A program made the position numbers and the translations under genes. Shown piece after piece: positions 24,780 through 39,700 of a stretch of DNA of 64,000 nucleotides; the stretch's first letter is position 1, and each line of letters starts with the position of its first letter. Location: the NCBI RefSeq assembly GCF_964194025.1, contig NC_134477.1, positions 53,878,001 through 53,942,000 of the forward strand, read 5' to 3'. The notes beneath the pieces are model-generated. The model saw only the letters and a program-made list of their open reading frames with translations, searched no databases and was not told where the DNA came from. This stretch comes from Convolutriloba macropyga. Taxonomy: Eukaryota.

Positions 24780-27700
24780 GTAAGTAAATTTTTGTTGAGC
24801 TTTTTTACTCGATAAGAAAAGCTGAAGCTATTGTGTTTTCAGTACGTTGCAAAAACTTACGAGTTGCCATATTTTTGTCGGTATGGACACCCGACCATCA
24901 AGCCCGTCTTATAAAGAGAAACTGATGTTCATTTTCAACTACCTACATATCAATGTTACTGACCTCGATGTTCTCACAACGCCTCAATTGCATTATGCTG
25001 TTATGAAATGCAACACCTCGAGTTTAGCATACAGAGCAGAGATGTCAGCGCAGCAATATTTACAGAGTTACAACGACGAATATTCTAAAGCTTTCAACTC
25101 ATTTTTGAAGAACTTGAAACAACTAACGGTCAACCAATGTATCGTTGATGTAGCAAATGGTGTGGGCGGATTAAGCTTAGTTGAGCTGGCCAAGAAAATT
25201 GAACCAGTTGCTGTAATTACCACGAACAATGGAGACGGAATCCTGAATAGGAATTGTGGCGCCGACTTTGTTATCACTACCAAAACAAGCCCTAGTCCAC
25301 TCGAACGGTGAGCTCACAATTTATGATGGTATCTTAAATTGCTCGAGAAAACTTAGATGCAATTATTTGAGTCTTGTTCTTCTTTAGGTAATTATCAGTT
25401 TTGTTTTAGTTCAAAAATCTGTTGGAGCTAAGAACTTTCCATCTCCAGTAACTAATAGCTGCGATAGCGAGCTATTATTGGCCTCTTTTTTACAGACCCG
25501 AGGACATTGGGGCGCTGATTTTTTGAAGATCGTTTCACACTGTTTGTCAATGAGAAGTCCAATTAGAGCGGTGAAAGTTTTCAATATGCTTTTAGATTGC
25601 CGTAAAATATTGGTGTTTGACTAAATTTCCAGTTTCGATTTCACTTGAATACTAATCTCCGACTTCCCATATTTTTTTCAAGTTAATAACATTTCGATAA
25701 AGTTAGCTGAAGGCAAAGAACGAGAGCTAGTACTGCCTGATGTCCAAGAGGACCAAGGGTGATTACCAATGTTCTCAGTATCATTGGTTGGTAATGAGGC
25801 ATAAATGAGCCTCATTAAGTGTTTGAGTTTATGGCAATTGGTTTTCATTACTTCACATTGTTTGTTCTCAAAATATTGTAAAGGTTTTTTTGAGTATTGG
25901 GAGTATTTGTTGTACTTTGTCGTATCATTTAATATCATTAGAGACAGGTCTCCTAGATTGCTACTATGAACTATTTTACCGATTTAATCGTTTCATTTCA
26001 GAGCTAACTCTTTCTATCACTTTGAATTGCATTGTTTTTAAGAAACATTGAATACTTGGAGGTCTCCGAATTTTTATTGCACAATTTGTCTTTTTTTCTT
26101 AGTTTCCTTAATGACACGTATCATCGGTTGCTAAGGATGCCTAAATTAATTTAATTAATCCTTTCAGTTTTTAGCTGTTTTTTTTTTTTACTTATGTGCT
26201 GTTCGTTTTCAAAACAATTGTACAAAATTTGAGTTCTGTTATTAGTTGTTGTACTTTTTGATGTTTAACTGCTCTCAAACAAAGTTTGTAGCAATTATAT
26301 TAGTCCTGTGGTCTTTCTTTAATGCGATTTTTCGCTTGACGATTTTTGGGTTGACTCATTTGACTTGGAAACAAGATGAACAGTTAGCTCTCGGAGGGCA
26401 TTAAGTGACCGAGCAGCTCTCTTAGAGCTTTACGATTTACTAGTCTCTAAATATGAGATTCACCGAAACTGCTTTGAGGAGACAATTTGAAGGGTGGTGC
26501 TTAGTTTTAAAAGTTTGACCCTTCTGTCACCTCCCAGCCCCCCTCATTCACCCCCTACCTGACTCCCACTCTCACACCCACTTGATGCATCACTAAGCCC
26601 CAGCTGGCTACTGCCGAAGCCCACCGCTCGCTAGACGTTTGAGAGGAGTTCGCCCGATGTTAGTCAGGTATATTTTATCACTGAATCTTATTAATGGCAT
26701 GCTTAATTGGTTGCTATTGAGTCGTATTTGAATCTAAATAGTCGCTTGAGTTCATAACAATTGTTTTTAAGATTGACACCTGGTTTTCGAAAAATTGAAA
26801 TTGATTCTTCGGCCTTACTTGTTCTTGTTCTGTTGTGCTCATATTGCTTAGTCTCAAATATACGATAAATTCTTATTGGCTATTTGGTGCGGCTTAATTT
26901 TAGCCAATTTATTGGCTCCAACTTCTAGACAACGTTTTAATTTCTCAGAGATACCTTTCGTTTGATTTTGCGAATCTTGCCTTCATGTGTAGTTAATTTG
27001 TCCGTTTTTCAGCTATTAGATCTGCTCAGTGGTATCTTGTGACTTCAAAAGTTTTTGCTATGCTGTGGTTAAGGATTTTGGCATGTAGTACTTTTCTTAC
27101 TTTGATGCACTTGACACCAACGAGTGCTTTTTGCCAAGTCAGTTTTTTGCCAAATTTTCTTCAGTTTTTGCATTTTTTTGCATTCACTTTTTGATTTATC
27201 TGTCATTGATTCCCGCAAAATTTTATTATGTACTGATTTTAGGACGCGTAATGTCATAAGTTGTTGTTATTTTCTTGAGACACTAAATCTTTGAAAAAAA
27301 GATTTTTCTTTTTTTGACCATATAGGGTTAGGGAGTTTTAATTTTGCGGTTAAATTTAGATTGTCGGCTCATTAGTTAGTTCATTTCAGATTAATTAAGG
27401 ACTTGTTCTGTTGTTTTTAAAGTTCGCGTTCTGATCACGTTTTTCGTTTTCACCTTTGACTCATGGTTTGCCTCTCACTGGTTCAACTGAATTTTCGTTT
27501 TGTCTTCTTAGTCGATTTATTGACAGTTCCCATTGGGTCTCTATTAAGACAATTAAATTTATTTAATTTAAGCATTTGACTGCAAAGATTTTTATGACTT
27601 TGACACTGTTTCATAAAATTTTAGAGAATTTTTCAATTTTGTCCGTTTTTCTTGTTCTGTTTGTAGTCTTATTACTTAGTCTCTGTATTGATAGGTCCCA

Positions 27701-30700
27701 TTTTGTTCCTAATAAAGCATAATTGAACCTTTTAAAATTATTTGTCCATATATTCAATTTTGTCCACATTTGTTGCTCATTTTGGCGTCTCGGCATATAC
27801 TCTGTGATGACTGGTCAATTTGGGTTTCAAAGAAGACGCATTGAGTCACATCTAGATTAATATTTCTAATCACGATAGAGAAGTGAAGAAAGTGAACAGG
27901 CGAGTGCTTTAAGGGTGTATTTTTTTCAAGTTGCTCGTAAAGTTAATTGATAATTGATGTTTGGATTTTGAGTTTTTTTATCAAGCGGCAATTTGACTTC
28001 GGATTTCAATAATCTTTCTTCATACACGCGTTACCTTGGGTTCTATGATGCAACATGGTACCCCAAATGCGCAGCTAATGGTTTTCAATTTTAACACTCT
28101 TTTGTTCTCACCGATTTTTTAGTTTCGCCCTTGCTCTCACCATTTTTTTAGTTTCGCCAATTCTCACCATAATCTTTTGTCTATTTGTTTTGTTTCTTAG
28201 TATCATAAATGACAAAATCTCATCGGCTTTTTATAGGGCATAAACGATTTTCATAAACTGTTTCCGTGTATAGTTTTTGGGATTTAGTGACTTACTGACT
28301 TTGACTCTACCTTCTTTCAAATATGATTAGCGAATTTGACGGTACTTGTTGCTCATAAATGACTTCATTTTTTTAAAGCTTTTTTAACTTTTACACAAGC
28401 TTTTAAGAAAATTGTGAATAGTTTTGAGTTTTGCCTGTATTTTCTGTTCTTTTTGTTTTGTCAAGTAATTTTTTTGAAATAGCATTGTTTTTTTTTGCTG
28501 TTTTTGGTGTTTTTTTTAATTCAAATTGCGTTAATAACGCGTTAAATTAGCTGTCTAATGAAGAATAAAAACCAACTTAACCTAGTCATTCATTATCTGT
28601 TAATTTTTTAAGAATATGACATTCATTTTCTGAAGAAATAATTGAATTTTTCGGGTTTTACTCGTATTTGTTTTTGTTTTTATACTTGGTCTCATTGGTG
28701 ACAATTATCATTAACCTCATAATTAACCTCGTAGTTTATTTTATGTTCGGATACGTTTTGATTTTATTTTTGAGATTTTTTGAATCTTACATTTAATTTT
28801 TGTAACTGATGTCCCTGGGTTGATATAATGAAAAGATTGTATTTGCTTTCTCAACGTTTAATGTTATTAGGTTATATTTGTAGCTCCCTATTGAAAGCCC
28901 GATTTCTCCCTTTTTTAGTTGTATTTCCGTACATCTATTGAGTTGGTTTGGCTCTTAGGCATTTAAACTAGTTGTTTGACCTTTTCTTTTTGCGTATTCT
29001 TTCTACGAACCCGTGGTCTGAATGATTACTTGTTGGTATTTGTTTTGATAGTTCTGACGTCACTGCCTATTCAAAATAGATTTTGTTTTTAATAATTTAG
29101 TTATATAGTATTTATATTTTTATAAATAATTGGGTATATTTATTTAATTAGGTCAGATGTTCAATTTTAACGAGTTGTTTCTGTATAATTGCTGATAGTT
29201 AATTTGTTACTCTATTTAGTTCTTTCGTTTGTTATCCAGGAAATCACGTCCTGCTACTTTTTATTCAGGTTCTGCTGTTTTTTTTTTATTTCGTCTGGAG
29301 TCTTGTTGCCACCATGTGACGTGTAAAAGGAGCAGAAAGCGAGTATTTTCTTGGCGTTGAAGTTTAAAAACGTAGTGAAAAAGGAGCGTCACAACAAATT
29401 TACAGATTGTCTGAGTTAATTTTTCCCCGTACGGCAATTTGACTTCTGTCACAGTTTTTAACTTGTTCTTTTTTTACACGAAAGTTGACACATTTGTTCT
29501 CAAGGTTTATGCTTCTAACTCTCTGTAGTTTTATTTAAAGGCAGCTAACGGTTTCTATGACGCTAACTATTTTTTCATACAGAATTTTAAAGCGTTTCTT
29601 CAGTTTTTCATAGCTTTCTTTTTGTTGTCTTTTCTTTTCTCAACGACCAGTCTCCTTTGATGGATTTCATGGGTTTCTTATAAAGTTCAATTGAAGCTAT
29701 TTAACTGTTTGATTTCATATCTAACGTTTTGACGATTTCGACATTTTAAAAATTATCACTGATTTTTTGCCCATATTTATAGTTGTTCTTTTTGTTGTTC
29801 CATCACTTTAATGGCAGGTCTCATTGGCCCTCTAATTAGGCATAATTGGAGCTTTTAGGGAGTTTCAATGCATATTTAACATGTTTACTTTGGCAATTAA
29901 GCCTGTTTCCGTAGTACTTTTTGTTGTTCTCTAATTTAATATTAATGTCAGGTCTCATTGGCTATCAGATGAGCCGTAATTGATGCTAGTTAAGAGTTTG
30001 AATATCTAACGGTTTAAAGAACTAAGGAGCTTTTAGGGGTTTCAATGCATATTTAACGTGTTTACTTTGACAATTGAGCCTGTTTTGCCTGTTTCCATAG
30101 TACTTTTTGTTGTTCTCTCATTTAATATTAATGTCAGTCCTCATTGGCTATCAGATGAGCCGTAATTGATGCTAGTTTGAATGTCTAACGGTTTAAAGAA
30201 CTAAGCACACCTTTTTTTAAAAAAAATCTCAACTTTCAAGTGCTCTTTGTCCTATGCTTTTAATTTCGCTCATGAAAGTTGACAGCTCATATGAGAACGC
30301 GTGTGGCTTTTTGTAGTTTGTGACGAAATTTGTAGCAATTATTTTTTAGTCCTTTTGGTCTTTTTTTATTGATTTTGCAGTTTTTTGAATTTTTTGTCCC
30401 GCACTTAGGGCCCAGGAACCTCCTCCGAGGTTTGATAATAAGCTGCGGCTAAATTTATGGAGTTAATGGAATGGTTATCAAAATTTTAATGACTTCAATT
30501 TTAGCAATTTTTAATAAAATTTAAATTTTCAAAATCCCGAAAGTTTTTACCATGTTCCATGTTTATGGATCTTTACGAGCCTTTATGGATCTTTACGAAT
30601 CTATTTAAGTCTTGAAATAGGGATACTGGGTTACTGGATAGTCTCTTAAGATAATAAAATGGTTATGAAAATATTATTACGATTTTTGCAAGGTTTTGTT

Positions 30701-33700
30701 AAAATTTGCAATTGTTTCTAAAGTTTTCATTATTTTTGTCCTTTTTTGAGTTCAACGACCATTACTGGCCAACAAAATTTCAAGTTTCGGAGATGGTTTA
30801 CTTGACTGAACTTTCGAGACCAAAAATGGTTTTGATTTTACTGCGAATTTGAAAACTTTTTAATAAGATTTTGCTTTAGTTTTTTTTCTATATGATTTAT
30901 TTACTCACAAGAATATTTTTGTTATGAAGAAATTTTTTAATGTTTTGTCCTCTTATGAGTTAGAATACCCTCACATAACGCCCTTTAAGCTAAAGCTAGC
31001 CTCACTAAACTGTGGCTACCTACTGACAAAGCCAACCGCTCGCCGGTCTTTTGAGAGCAATCCCCCCGTTCATAGGAATCCGATTATTTATAAGATGGAT
31101 AGAATGTTTTGGAGATTGGAACGTTATTTCAGAGATTTTTTAAATATTTGAGTCAGTTTGTCTAGTTTTTTTCGGAGGTAGTACTCAAAAAGTTCTAATC
31201 TGACAAACGACATTTCGACATAACCGAAATAAATAAAACTACATTGAAAGTGATTGAAAACGAAATCGATCCATTACAGTCCACCTTTTTCCTAATTAAA
31301 ATTAATCGGAAAAAATTGTTCTAAAGCCTCCATGGAAAAGAATATGAGTAGGAGCAAACGCGTTTCTTCCACGCTCAATTAGACCTTTTTTCAATCTATA
31401 TACTTGATCACATGGCAATTCAGCTAATTCTCCTATGTCCAATGCCATGATACCCAACGCCATCATTTATATCCACTACCTATGTACCCAATGCCATTTG
31501 ATGTTTTCGTTCCTTAATGGGACTAAAAATTTGCCCATGTTCTGTTGATAGTTTCATATCAAGTCCTAGGGGCTGTTTTATTATATAGTGGGCGAAATAG
31601 TCGTTCTGAAAATGGCTGGTTGGGTATAATGGCACTGGGTAAATTTTTCGGACACCATTGCCTTTGTATGGAGCAGTTTGATGGTCAATGTGTTTTTTAA
31701 GTAATCTTGGTCAAAACCTGAGCAATTATGATTTGCTTTTCGTTACTATAGGTTTTTTGACGTTGTTTTAGTCGGCACTTCCTTTGCGGGCGTCCAGCGA
31801 CTCAACAATAGCTAGGTTTGCAATAAATATTGATAACAGATATTGTTTTGTCTTGTGTGATAATATTAGCCTCAGAGTCGTCTGTTCTAACACAACCTAT
31901 CGTTCCGTTATCTCAAAATAAGGTTTTGGTTTTGATGAAATTTGACGTGAACAATGTCTGCGGTCATGTGAATGCAATTTTGTAGACCAATTAAGCACAT
32001 ACTACCCATTATTCTAAATTTTGGTTGTGATAAATAAAGCTGAAACTCGAGATAATTGATGGTCGGCTCTATTGATATTGAGGGTTTGCCTAATTACAGT
32101 GCAAAGTTCGCAATTTTGAGACGTTACATAGAGTGTAATGATCTGAAAGAGTTGATTCTGTTGAGCAAAGTTAACTGACTTTTTGTCATGTATTTTCTGA
32201 CTGTCAACGTGTAATTAAAATTGAAAGAGACAAATAACAATAAAAATATTGAGAGCAAAAAAATGAAAAGCTGTAACGGGTTTAAAACCTATAGAAAATT
32301 TTAACCTTTTTCTTTGACCAAACAGAAAGCTGATCTTCCTGCAAAAAGGTTTGAAGAAAGACTTTGAAGGAATATTTTGCGCAAGTTGGAATTTTTTTTC
32401 GCTAATTTCTCTTGACTAAATTTTATTTGAAGACGTCTAATCTCGAAACCGGCCGGGCCACTTTGTTTGTTTTCGCTGAGTATGGATGAGTTGTTTTAGT
32501 CCTAGTGAAAAAATAATACGGGCCAATTAATTGTCTCAGGCTGCTTTGAAAGTTTTTCATTGAGAGTTTAAGGCGCCAGTTTGAATTTCAATTTCGTGAA
32601 AATTTTATCAATCGTTTGGAGCTTGCGGTTTCATAAAAAACATGGTAATAGAAGTTTTAACGTATTTAGGAGTATCAAAAGGGTGATGAGGTATTTTCTG
32701 ATAACACTAACCAAAACTGCAGGGGAGTCATATTTTAAGGGTTTGAAGGACAAATTTGGGAGGGGTTAAGCTGGCTGCTACCAATCTCAACCTCTAATCA
32801 GCGGTTTTTTCCTAATTATTTGTCGTTTTTTGTAAACATCCTGCTGACTTAATTAGTGCGTCATTTACTGATTCAATTAGTTTACGGACTGCAGTAATGT
32901 CTGATCTGTCTGCAGCTGGTTCTGTTTTTAGCAACAAGTGCTACTGCTCGTTTGACGGAGATGCTGATAGAATAGTGTTCTATACAAAAGGAGATGACGA
33001 CTCATTTGTGTTGCTTGATGGAGACAAGATCACATGTCTACTTGTTCACACGTTGCAAACTCTGCTCAGCAAAACAGGTTAGCATGTCAACTAATTTTTG
33101 TATCCTTGTAAACGTGATTAATAGCCGCCTCAGCCTCTCAAACGGCTATTATTTAGACACTCTCCTTTTTACAATTCAAATAATTTGAATTTTTTTGGGG
33201 CGCTGTCTTTTTTTGTAAGATCTCTTCACACATTTTCATGATTTTTGAAGTCAAATTGGAGTAGTGATTTTGGTCACGTCGAAACAGGAAGTGGAGCAAA
33301 AAAGCGAGTGGTCTTGCGGTGTGAAATTTTTTTGCTCTACTTTCAAAGTAGAGTGAGAAAACGGTGTTTGAAGAAAAATTCGGTTTCTCGCTAGTGGTTT
33401 TTTTTGTTCAAATGCAGCAAGGCAATTTCACTTTGATTTTTACTGTTTTTTTTTCATTTCTTAGATTAAATTTTTTTTCTAAATGGTTTTCCCAATCCAT
33501 TCATAGTCCCTTCTAGGTCTAGTTTTCTGTTTAGTCAATAAAAATTGTGCGTCAGGACTTGTCTTGCTATGTTTTTACAATTCAAATAACTTGAATTGTA
33601 TTGGGGCGCTCGCTTTTTTTAAAGATCTGTTCACTCATTTTCATGATTTTTGAAGTCAAATTGGAGTAGTGATTTTGGTCAAGCCGAAACAGGAATTGGA

Positions 33701-36700
33701 GCGAAAAGGCGAGTGGTCTTGCGGTGTGAATTTTTTTTTGCTCTAATTTTAAAGTAGATTAAGAAAACAGTGTTTGAACAAAATTTCGGTTTCTCACTAG
33801 TGGTTTTTTGTTAATATGCGGCAATTTCACTTTGGTTTGTTGTTTTTGTAAATGGTTTTCCCAATCCATTCATAGTTCATTCCAGATAAACCGAAGGGGG
33901 AAGGCTTTAAACCGCGGAGTTCGTTTCAGTGGTTCAAAATTTGACCGGGTTTTTTGTTTTTGCTGTTCGCTTTTTAAATGTATACCCGCTATGTTCATAC
34001 CGTTTCATTACAGTTTGAAGTTTAGACTATTCTCTAATTTTAGTTTTTTATTTCAATATCGAATCGGACTGGGTTGCTACAGAGCACACAACATGCGGTC
34101 TCTAAATGTATTCTAGCTCAATCCGATAGGAAAACAAATCGAAGACAAATATATGTCTAAGAACTGTTTCTGTAAAATATTTAAACTAAGTTTCGCTCTT
34201 TGAACTCATGAGTTGAAGGTGGGAGTTCTCAACCTTGAAGTGCAGCTCAAATAAGTTGGAGATGCATGACACAGTTGCAAATAGTTTACTGCGCAAGAGT
34301 GGTTTTTTGAATACAAAACAGTAACAATTTGCTGCTCAGGATCATTGAAAGTACACGACGGTCACACTTTATTTACTGCTCGACTTCATTTTTCCAATAC
34401 TTTGCTTAGTTATAAGAGAAAAGCCTATTGCTCAGGCTGCTGTAGATGAGTTCTCTGCTATGTTGCTGTTTTATTCCCACTTTCCTTATCAGGTGACTAC
34501 TACTGTAACTGTAACTATAATTAAAACTGTGACTGTTGCTATGTCTAAACATTTGCTATAACAACAGAAAGTGGACAAACATGAACAACACATGTAAAAG
34601 TGTTCCCTTCTGAGTTGTGTGCTTCTTTTTTCTTTCTGACGCATGCCCCGCAAGATCAGCTCCAACAACGAGTCACTTTTACACCCTTTCGTTTTTGTGT
34701 TTTAGTTTTTTGTTTTGTGTGATCTAATTTTCTCTCACTCATAAGTGTCGGCAGCTGAACACAAGTGGCTGCAGTTTATTGCCAAAATTCCTCTATTGAC
34801 GTCATTCGAAGTCAGTTATTGAATTTAGCTACTTCCCCTGCCCCAAATGAATCAGGCTGCAATAAGTCCGAGCTCCCACTAGTCGTTCGTGGGCAATTGT
34901 TCCGACGCTAGTCCGTTACCATCGTTTTATAATTGCTCTTGAACGGAGTTCATAGCAATTATTGTAAAAGTGTGTCTTTTTTATGCAATTTTTTCGCTTG
35001 ACAATTTTGCGCTTTTCTTCTAGAACGTTCTGTGATTTCTCAATTGACTTTTTCACACTTTCGTTCTTCATTTTTGAGTGATCTCTATTGGTCTCACTCC
35101 GAAGTAAAGCTGGTTGCTAATATAAATTGGTTGCAGCACAGAAAGAATAAGGTTCTGATGGCGCAGTTTAACGTGCTTGGGGTGACGGTTTGGGAGGTCA
35201 ATGGTTCGAATTCCGGGCGGGAAAGGGTTTTTGCACCGATAAAGAAAAATTGATCTAGTCTACAGCCCCTGAAATAACAGCTACAGCCTCGCCTTTCGTT
35301 CAAGAGCAATTCTTCCGACACTTGGCGGTTTATGTTTTAAATAAGCATGAATGAATGCCTTGCTGGTTGATATTGTACTGATTTTGGTTTGTATAGCCTA
35401 TTAATTGGTTGGACTATTGTGGATTGTAAACTCTCCTAAACTGGCCTAAATGTGGATTGGGCCAGTTTATAGGTTCTAGGTATATTTGAGGTGTATTTCA
35501 GTAAAAATATAATAATTGCTGGAGAGTGCCTCGAAAACTTTATTTGGAAGGTTTAATATATTTGAGCGCTATTTTATTTTGACGATTTTGTTCGGTATAA
35601 TCATTTCATAATCCGAGTTCAATGTAATCATGTGCTTACCAGTGGATGTCTTGAATATAGAGGAGCGACAACTGGTTGTGATTGGGGTTATTTAGATTAC
35701 TGAATGTGCGTATTATGGGGAAGGGCTTCTAGTTGTTGACCAGGAAATCAATTTCCTGAATCCCCGACTCAATATGATCATCTATAGCTGACTTTTTACA
35801 CCTTTCTAACGGTGGATAAATATTGCAACTTGTCCGATCTCTAATAAGGAATTGAAATCCAGTATCAGTGCAATAAACTCAATTTAATCACTATCTCATC
35901 AAAGAAAAAATTGTTTGCGAACGAGAAATATTTTTCAGTTTGGTAATAAAAGAACGAGATTCAAACATATTTTTTTTTAGATTCTGCGACCAAGTTCTCA
36001 ATAGCTGCAGTTCAAACCGCCTATGCAAACGGTGCCTCGACTAACTATCTCGAGTCAACTCTCAAAGTGCAAGTTGTATGTACCTCGACAGGTGTGAAAT
36101 ACTTGCATAGAGCAGCCGAAGAAGCAGCCGATATTGGAGTGTATTTCGAAGCAAATGGACATGGAACTGTTTTGTATTCGAATGGTTTCGTGAATCATAT
36201 TAAAGAGTTGAAGACAGCTTCGTATGAGTATGAATTGTTAAACCTGTTGGTAGAGATGACAAATAATGCAATTGGTACGGCAGAGATGGTCATATGTTGT
36301 AATAAAGTTAATACATCGAACAAACTAACTAACTCTATTAACACAGGTTTATGAAAAATAGATGTTCTATCGCTATTCGGGAACGTTGTGTAGGCTTGCC
36401 CTCTATATAATGCTAGAGGAAAGCTGATATTTTAATGTCGAATCACTCAAACATTTAAGTGTTCATGAATTGTTTTTAGGTGCGTTTAAACGAACTCCAA
36501 GTTTTTAAATTGATCTCGAACGAAGTTTGAAGCATTTATTGTAAACGTGTCTTTTTTATGCATTTTTTTGCTTGACAGTTTTTCCGCTTTTGACTTTTCT
36601 AGTTACTTTTTTGCACGCTTGAGTTTTTCATTTTTAGTTGCTCTCTTTATGAAAAGAAGTTAGTTGGTAATATAAATGATTAAGGGAGAAAAAGAATCAA

Positions 36701-39700
36701 CGCGTTTGAAGCATAGTGGTTCAGATGTTGGATTATCGTCGTGGGAGGTACGTGGTGCGAATTCCGTTAGGGTCGGCATTTTTGCAGCCTTGAAGCATTT
36801 CTATGCCACACACCTCTAAATTAAATTGCTCCGGCCTGTCATTCGAGAGCAATTCATCCGACGTTAATCGGTTTGTTTATTTAACCAGAACACAAAATTT
36901 TAGTTTGATAAAAATGCAATTGATGGAATTATTTGATGCAGTTGCTGTGAAGATCAGGCAATGCTTTTTTTTTATCTTAGATCGTACCTTTCAAAATGTT
37001 TGTTTACTGAAATTTCTAGAAGTTCTTTAGAATGAACTGATTTCTGGTCTCGTGTGGAGCACCATAATTAAGATGATCACTTATTCTTAAGCAATTCAAC
37101 GTCGGAATTTTTCGTGTACTCTCATAGACTATGAATTTTGAAAACGGTTGAACATCCTCCTCTTTACTGATTGTTTAATTGCTCTCAAACGAAGTTTGTA
37201 GCAATTATATTAGTCCTGTCGGTCTTTTTTATGCGATTTTTCGCTTAACCGATTTTTCGTCTGACGCTTTTGACTTTTCGTCCTCAAAAACGGGATAAGC
37301 AGGTAGCGCCCAGCGGGCATTAAGTGCTCTTAGAGCCCTTCAGCTCTGTTTCTGATCAAACTGTTTTGGAGACTTATACTTATACTTATGGTGTGAAGGG
37401 CGGTTCTTAGAGGTTGAGACACCCCCACCCCCACTATTGCCTCCACCCCCCACCGCGCTGTCCCCCCCCCCCCAACCCAGTGTTGCCCCCCATCAGCCCC
37501 CGATGCACCCCCCACCCGTGGCTAGCTACTGGCGAAGCCAACCGCTTGCCGGTCGTTTGAGAGCAATTCGCCCGACGTTAGTCGGTTATGTTTTTTGTAA
37601 CTGATAATAGTTTTGTAATATTAGTTACAGCACATTTTCAAGTATTATTGAATCAGTACAAACGTTACCTAATTAATTACTTGCGGACAAAGTTTTAAGC
37701 TGTTTTTGATGATAAATGTTTTTCTGGTGCATAGCGCATATCAAAAGACTTCTAAACATTTGTCTAAATGATGTCAAACATTATTAGGTATTCCAAAAAT
37801 ATCAGAAAAACTGCACCAGCGAGAGCGCTATTAGAGCAACTAATCCGTTTCCACGTGTCTTTTTTGGTGGATAAAGTTTGAGCATCATTCAAAGTAATTG
37901 CAAATGTGTGTAACCCTGTCTTTGTGCAAAATTTTGTTTCGACCGTTTTCTAGAATTCTCTTTTGGTTGCTCGAGCTATTTGACTTTTTTGTCAAATAGT
38001 TCGGTTTTTCATCTTCGCCCATGAGAGACTAGTTACAACCATAACGAAACAATTTTTTGACAGCAATTTGTTCGAAGGTGGTCTTTTGTTTTCTGTGCAC
38101 TGTGCTTCATATTTTAACCAATCCTTTTTGGTGGCATTAAAATATTGATAATATGATTTGTAAACTGTGCATAATATAGGCTTGCGTAACAGAATAGGAG
38201 CTCTACTTGTTCAGGGTAGACTTGACTTGAGAAAGGAAGCCACGAAGAACAAAGTAGTCGTCTATAATAAGCCGTAGTTGCATTTAAAAGTTAAAAGTTA
38301 GTGAAGTCCCAGAAAATTTATTTCGTTTGCTTAGATCCCAATTTCTTCCTTTTACAGATTCCAGATTTTCGCGTCTGATCGTTTTTTCTACAATAATCCT
38401 TCATGTTTGTGGTCTATTTTATTAGCCGCAATCAGCCTCTCAACGGCTATGATTTAGGTTCCCTCTTTTCTTTTCTACAATTCAAAGAATTTGAATTGTA
38501 TTGGGGCGCTGTTTTTTTTAAGATCTGTTTACACATTTTCTTGATATTTTGATGTAAAATTGGAGAGGTGATTTTGGTCACGCCAAAACAGGAAGTGGAG
38601 TGAAAAAGTGAGTGGTTTTGAGGCGTAAAATTTTTTTGTTCTAATTTTAAATTAGAGTGAGAAAATGGTTTTTGAAAAAAATTGCTTTCTCGCTAGTGGT
38701 TTTTTGTTTTAATGCAGCATTTTGACATTGATTTTCACCATTTTTTCTTTATTTTTTTGGATCTGATTCTTTCTAAATGGTTTTCCTTATCCAAGCGTTG
38801 TCCATTGTAGGTCATTTTTTTTATTTAGTCAATGAAAATTTTTGAATTGTGTGTCAGAACATGTGCTGCTATGTTTTTTTATTTGCTTTACCTTTCGATC
38901 ACGTTTTTCGGTTTACGTAAGTCTCGATTTTCACGCTTCTGACTTACTTCACTCACTGGTTCAACTGATTGGATTTTAAATTCTTTCACGCATTGAATTA
39001 TGTAATTTAGTGAATACGGTCAAAAGAGCAAAATGCATTAGGTTATCAAAGTTCAGAAAAGCGTTTGCTAGCGGGCATTAGTATTATGCTTAATAGCCTT
39101 CAGTTTAGAAGCTGAACAAGGCGGCTCGGTAATGTGCGATGGCACATAAGGTTCCGACCCCGCCCATCCACAATTTTGGCATAATTGTCTACCAAATGAG
39201 GAACAGATAGAAAAACCCAAAAATTATCTTTTGGAATCCCAAAAAACTAAAAAAAACCCAAGTATTTTTCAAAAAAAATATGTATGAACGATAAGATAGC
39301 CTCCAAAGCAAATAACTCAGTGGAGTAAAACTTGATGCATTAAATTGCTGTAATATGTCAATATTAAGAAAGCGAGTCAAGACGAAGAGCAAAATCAAAC
39401 AACAACAGCAACAACAAACATTAATTACATCAAAAATTTTACGTCCGTTTTAAAAAACCAAGCTTAATAACAAATTCAACACACCGTCAGATAAAACTAA
39501 GACTCAACAAAATAACTTAAAAATCACCAGAAAAGATATGGGACCAGTCCATAAAAAGGTTTGGTAACAATTAGACAAAAAAGAACAAAAACAGTAAAGT
39601 TAAAAAATTCGCTTTCTTTTTTTTAAATTAGTAACTTTAAAGTAATGAAAACCGTTAAAAATCAAGTAAAATATCCTAAAGGCGTGCGATAACCAATGCG

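Noticed and set aside
31405-31690. possible MITE with TACCCAATGCCAT/ATGGCACTGGGTA inverted motifs
   Set aside because: Termini and TSD could not be defined.
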